A program made the translations under genes and the position numbers. Positions 8,020-10,891 of a stretch of 10,891 bases of DNA are shown here, piece by piece. Positions within the stretch are counted from its first letter, which is position 1, and each line of letters opens with the position of its first letter. Origin of the DNA: Coprothermobacterota bacterium (lineage in GTDB: Bacteria; Coprothermobacterota; HKB111). The notes below the pieces were generated by a model. That model had not been told where the DNA came from. It worked only from the letters and a program-made list of their open reading frames with translations, and searched no databases. The stretch lies in NCBI GenBank assembly GCA_037440465.1, contig JBBIUB010000013.1, positions 22,772-33,662 of the forward strand, in the 5' to 3' direction.

Positions 8020-8195
8020 TTAAGACCCATACAAGATAGACATATCAAAAAAGCATTCCTGAAAACGACAGTGACCTCACCTCTTCTTATTCCCCACAGG
8101 ATAGAGAAACTGAAGACAACAACGAAGAGTAATATTATCAGGATGCGTCTTCTTTTAAGTATTTTTGTATCTCCTCCTGGAATTCTTGTTGCCAT
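8016..8195 (-). CDS. Small membrane CxxC peptide (resembles the CD1871A-type CXXC-motif family); absent from ORF track
   Basis: Manual translation: MATRIPGGDTKILKRRRILIILLFVVVFSFSILWGIRRGEVTVVFRNAFLICLSCMGLK (59 aa). Basic patch, one TM helix, GE..V...A..ICLSCMG end. Stop TGA overlaps the next ATG (ATGA). Alternative start at ATA 8162, 8 nt after AGGAGGAG. Confidence 0.85.
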   Translation of the reverse strand: MATRIPGGDTKILKRRRILIILLFVVVFSFSILWGIRRGEVTVVFRNAFLICLSCMGLK

Positions 8196-8701
8196 TGGAC
8201 TCTATAACCCAGCCATATCTTCCTGATGTATCCCTTTCTGTCTATAAGAAAAGTTGTTGGAATAGCAGTTACTCCATATCTATTTGCTACTTTACTATCC
8301 TTAGTATCATAAAGGGTAGGAAAAGACAATCCACGTAAAGCCTTAAACTCTTCTATCTCCTTCCTCCCTTCTCTGGTGGTAACTCCCTCCAGGTTGATAC
8401 CTATCACTACCAATCCCTGCTCTTTGTAACTTGAATAAAGAGATGAAAAGAAGGCACCGCCTTCTATGCAAGGTGCTCAGTAAGTTGCCCAGAACTCTAA
8501 TAAAACCACCTTTCCACTGAAACTTTTTAGGCTGACACTATTGTTTTCACTATCTACAAGAGCAAAATCAGGAGCTAAATCTCCTACTTGGGGTATTTTA
8601 CTGGTAGTCTTGCAACCGGTAAGGATAATAACCCCCAATAGACTCAGAACTACCAGAAACCGAATAGATCTTTTTAAAGTTAATCTCTTAAAACGAGCCA
8701 T
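8138..8701 (-). CDS. TlpA/ResA-family thioredoxin-fold lipoprotein, predicted selenoprotein (U75-A-P-C78), 187 aa
   Basis: Reading through TGA at 8479-8477 gives GDLAPDFAL...SLKSFSGKVVLLEFWATY-U-APCIEGGAFFSSLYSSYKEQGLVVIGIN...YGVTAIPTTFLIDRKGYIR, a complete TlpA fold including the cis-Pro motif AIPT. Lipobox LTGC (Cys30). SD AAGGAGG 9 nt before ATG. Confidence 0.93.
8449..8465 (-). promoter_or_regulatory. Putative bacterial SECIS element
   Basis: mRNA UGA-GCACCUUGCAU-AGAAGGC-GGU-GCCUUCU: perfect 7-bp stem starting 11 nt after UGA, with an apical loop beginning with G (GGU). Confidence 0.8.
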
Positions 8702-8927
8702 AATTCTATTCCTCCTTCTCTATTCCATATATCCTTTTACAATTTACCATCTCTTATAATAAAAAGATTTTAAATAAAAAGGTTCAATCCTCCTTTCTCC
8801 TATATTCAGAAAAATTTAACATCATATTCATTTTACCAGAGTAAAAATGATATCACATAATGAAACTCATAATAATTTTAAATAGAATCATATCCAAAAA
8901 AATATAGGTAACAGGAATAATTAGAAG

Positions 8928-8936
8928 TGTTATAAT
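8928..8936 (+). promoter_or_regulatory. Extended -10 promoter TGtTATAAT immediately upstream of the SurA-like gene
   Basis: TG at 8928-8929, TATAAT at 8931-8936, then 5 nt (AGCTT) to ATG 8942. Confidence 0.7.
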
Positions 8937-8941
8937 AGCTT

Positions 8942-9643
8942 ATGCTAAAAAGATTGTCTTCACCTATAATAACTTTAGTTTCTTTAGCCATAATTCTTAT
9001 TATTGGTACTGCTGCCCTAACTTTTCTACTTTATTTGGAAAAGAATGTGGTAGCAATTGTTGGTAGTCAAGAAATAACCGTTCAAGAGGTAGAGAAAATG
9101 GTAGAGATATATAAGAAAAGCTTTGAAAAATTAGGGGTCAGCTTAATCGGAGAAGAAGGAAAAGAGCGCCTATCAAAAATTAGAAAGCTTGCTCTGGAAA
9201 AACTAATAGAAGACAAACTATTTATAGAAAGAGCTAGAGAACTAAATATTTTTATAACCGACGAGCAAGTTGAAAAGAAGATTAATGTAACAATAAAAAA
9301 ATTTCCATCAAGAGAAGAATTTCTAAAAAGCTTAACCAGTGTTGGAATGAGTGAGGATACCTACAGAATGACAGTTAGAACAAACATTACCAAAGAAGAG
9401 GTTACGAAAAGAGAGATAGGAGAAATAATTGTTAGTAGCGAAGAGGTAAGAATATTTTATTCTAATAAAACTGGTAAAGATAATCTTCCTAAAGAGGAGG
9501 AAGTAAAGTGGGAATCACTACTAAAGGAAAAAATAAAGGCTGATAGAGAGGAAGAATTAATAAAAGGTCTTTGGAAAAAATATCCACCTTTCTATGGTGG
9601 AAAATGGAAAAGAATCATATATAAACTTACAGGTAAGATTTAA
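8942..9643 (+). CDS. Membrane-anchored SurA N-terminal domain / PrsA-like chaperone lacking a PPIase domain
   Basis: N-terminal hydrophobic anchor, VVAIVGSQEIT, LALEKLIEDKLFIERARELNIFITDEQVEKKI, FPSREEFLKSL..GMSEDTYR, VSSEEVRIFY. No parvulin motif recognised afterwards. Confidence 0.8.
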   Translation: MLKRLSSPIITLVSLAIILIIGTAALTFLLYLEKNVVAIVGSQEITVQEVEKMVEIYKKSFEKLGVSLIGEEGKERLSKIRKLALEKLIEDKLFIERARELNIFITDEQVEKKINVTIKKFPSREEFLKSLTSVGMSEDTYRMTVRTNITKEEVTKREIGEIIVSSEEVRIFYSNKTGKDNLPKEEEVKWESLLKEKIKADREEELIKGLWKKYPPFYGGKWKRIIYKLTGKI

Positions 9644-10481
9644 GAATATTCAGAAAGATGTATGGAAGTTTAACCTCCCCTAAAGATATGTCAGGAGAAT
9701 ACTTCCCATGGTAGTCCGAACCTCCTGTTAGAATAAGGTCTAAATCTCGAGCTATCTTCACATAATGTTTAGTATCTTGAGAACCATGTTTAGGCTGAAA
9801 TGCCTCAATTCCTTGAAGGCCCCAATCTTTTAATAATTTTATAGTATTCATGGTAATTCTCTCCAGGGAACCAGGAGTATTTCCTGGATGCGCTAAAACA
9901 GATACTCCGCCACTAATGCGAATAACCTTCATGACATCTTCTGGACATGCTTCAACTCTTTCGACCCAAATTTTTCCTCCCTTTCCCAGGAAAGTAGGAT
10001 TGAAAGCTTCTTTTATTGTTTTAATATACCCTCTTTCAAGCAGCACTTCAGCAATGTGATTACGCGCAAGGTATCCTCCTTTAGCTTTAGATTTTATGGT
10101 TTCAAAATCAATATCTATGCCTATTGCACAAAGTTTTTCAACCATTAACTTCATTCTCTTTTCACGAGTCCTGGATACTTTATCTATAAAATTAATTAAG
10201 ATAGGATTTTCCCAATCTATATAATAACCAAGGATATGAGATTCAACATCTTTCCAGGTAGTTGTAAGTTCAATACCAGGTATTATCTCAATATTAGAAT
10301 CATTATTCAAAACTGATGTTTCAATATGAAAAAGATGATTCAGAGTATCGTGATCGGTTATTGAGATAAAAGATAAACCTTCTCCTTTTGATTCTCCTAG
10401 TAGCTCTTTTAATGTAAGGCTTCCGTCGGAATATATCGAGTGAAGATGTAAATCACCAACTCTCTTCACAACATTTATCAC
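9627..10481 (-). CDS. PHP-domain metal-dependent phosphoesterase (TrpH/YciV-like)
   Basis: DLHLHSIYSDG, ITDHDT, GIELTT, HILGY, RNHIA, LAHP, GGSDYHG. GTG start overlaps the dcd stop (GTGA). Confidence 0.93.
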   Translation of the reverse strand: MINVVKRVGDLHLHSIYSDGSLTLKELLGESKGEGLSFISITDHDTLNHLFHIETSVLNNDSNIEIIPGIELTTTWKDVESHILGYYIDWENPILINFIDKVSRTREKRMKLMVEKLCAIGIDIDFETIKSKAKGGYLARNHIAEVLLERGYIKTIKEAFNPTFLGKGGKIWVERVEACPEDVMKVIRISGGVSVLAHPGNTPGSLERITMNTIKLLKDWGLQGIEAFQPKHGSQDTKHYVKIARDLDLILTGGSDYHGKYSPDISLGEVKLPYIFLNILKSYL

Positions 10482-10891
10482 AATTTACCGCTGAAATCTG
10501 GTGGTGTAACCCCTTTTTGCCCCATATAATGAGAACCACGATTCTTGCCGTAAGGTTTATCAACTTTTCCAGACAACAATTCAAAAGATATCTGACAGAT
10601 TCTCATTCCAGGATGAAGAGCTACTGTTGATGTACCAGCATTGCTTAGTTCCAATGTAATATTCCCTTCAAATCCTGGGTCTACATAACCAGCGGTAGCA
10701 TGAATTAATATACCCAGGCGGCCAAGCGTAGAACGTCCATCTACCCTTGCTACTAAATCTTCAGGAATCTTAACCCATTCAAGAGTAGTACCAAGAACAA
10801 AAGCCTGAGGTGTTAGAAAATATGGTGTTGCCCCATATAGTTGAATAATATCATAACATCCACTTAAATCAGGTCTCCTGAGATCAATTGT
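10478..10891 (-). CDS. dcd: dCTP deaminase, 5'-truncated by the window edge; absent from ORF track
   Basis: Manual translation: ...FLTPQAFVLGTTLEWVKIPEDLVARVDGRSTLGRLGILIHATAGYVDPGFEGNITLELSNAG...LHPGMRICQISF...PYG...HYMGQKGVTPPDFSGKL*. Confidence 0.95.
   Translation of the reverse strand, partial: TIDLRRPDLSGCYDIIQLYGATPYFLTPQAFVLGTTLEWVKIPEDLVARVDGRSTLGRLGILIHATAGYVDPGFEGNITLELSNAGTSTVALHPGMRICQISFELLSGKVDKPYGKNRGSHYMGQKGVTPPDFSGKL

Noticed and set aside
7693..8226. ORFs 7693-7950 (+), 7778-8011 (-) and 7984-8226 (+)
   Set aside because: Alternative-frame or antisense overlaps of the Fe-S gene and the CxxC peptide, which carry the conserved motifs.
8477..8701. 74-aa ORF and 91-aa ORF (8138-8413) as separate genes or a nonsense pseudogene
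   Set aside because: They are in the same frame, the TGA falls exactly on the catalytic Cys position and a SECIS-like hairpin follows. One selenoprotein explains this better.
6817..8701. ndk plus redox operon as a horizontally acquired island (looks slightly more GC-rich by eye)
   Set aside because: Not quantified, and no integrase, transposase, tRNA or flanking direct repeats. A sliding-window GC and codon-usage analysis would be needed.
8541..8759. 72-aa plus-strand ORF
   Set aside because: Antisense to the TlpA gene.
9850..10059. 69-aa plus-strand ORF
   Set aside because: Antisense to the PHP gene.

Overview
AT-rich bacterial chromosomal window (lipobox lipoproteins, SD sites, sigma70-like -10 boxes); no mobile element, rRNA, tRNA or CRISPR array seen. 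Left to right: a short inverted array of 8-bp repeats; a minus-strand alpha-glucan operon (archaeal/Thermococcales-type glycogen synthase, GalT-family nucleotidyltransferase, phosphohexomutase, GH57 amylopullulanase-like enzyme whose conserved N-terminus has no canonical start codon); an unknown lipoprotein; ndk; a minus-strand three-gene redox operon; a divergent PPIase-less SurA/PrsA-like chaperone; a PHP phosphoesterase; and the 3' part of dcd, which the ORF track missed. The highlight is the redox operon. The track's two small ORFs at 8477-8701 and 8138-8413 are one TlpA/ResA-like lipoprotein with an in-frame UGA at the first position of the CxxC site (UAPC), followed 11 nt later by a SECIS-like hairpin. 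It is therefore a predicted exported selenoprotein. It overlaps an unannotated membrane peptide of up to 59 aa with a CxxC motif, which is coupled to a NapH/MauN-like membrane 4Fe-4S protein. Together these form a candidate selenium-dependent trans-membrane thiol-reduction system. All family assignments come from motif recognition and recall; no searches were run.
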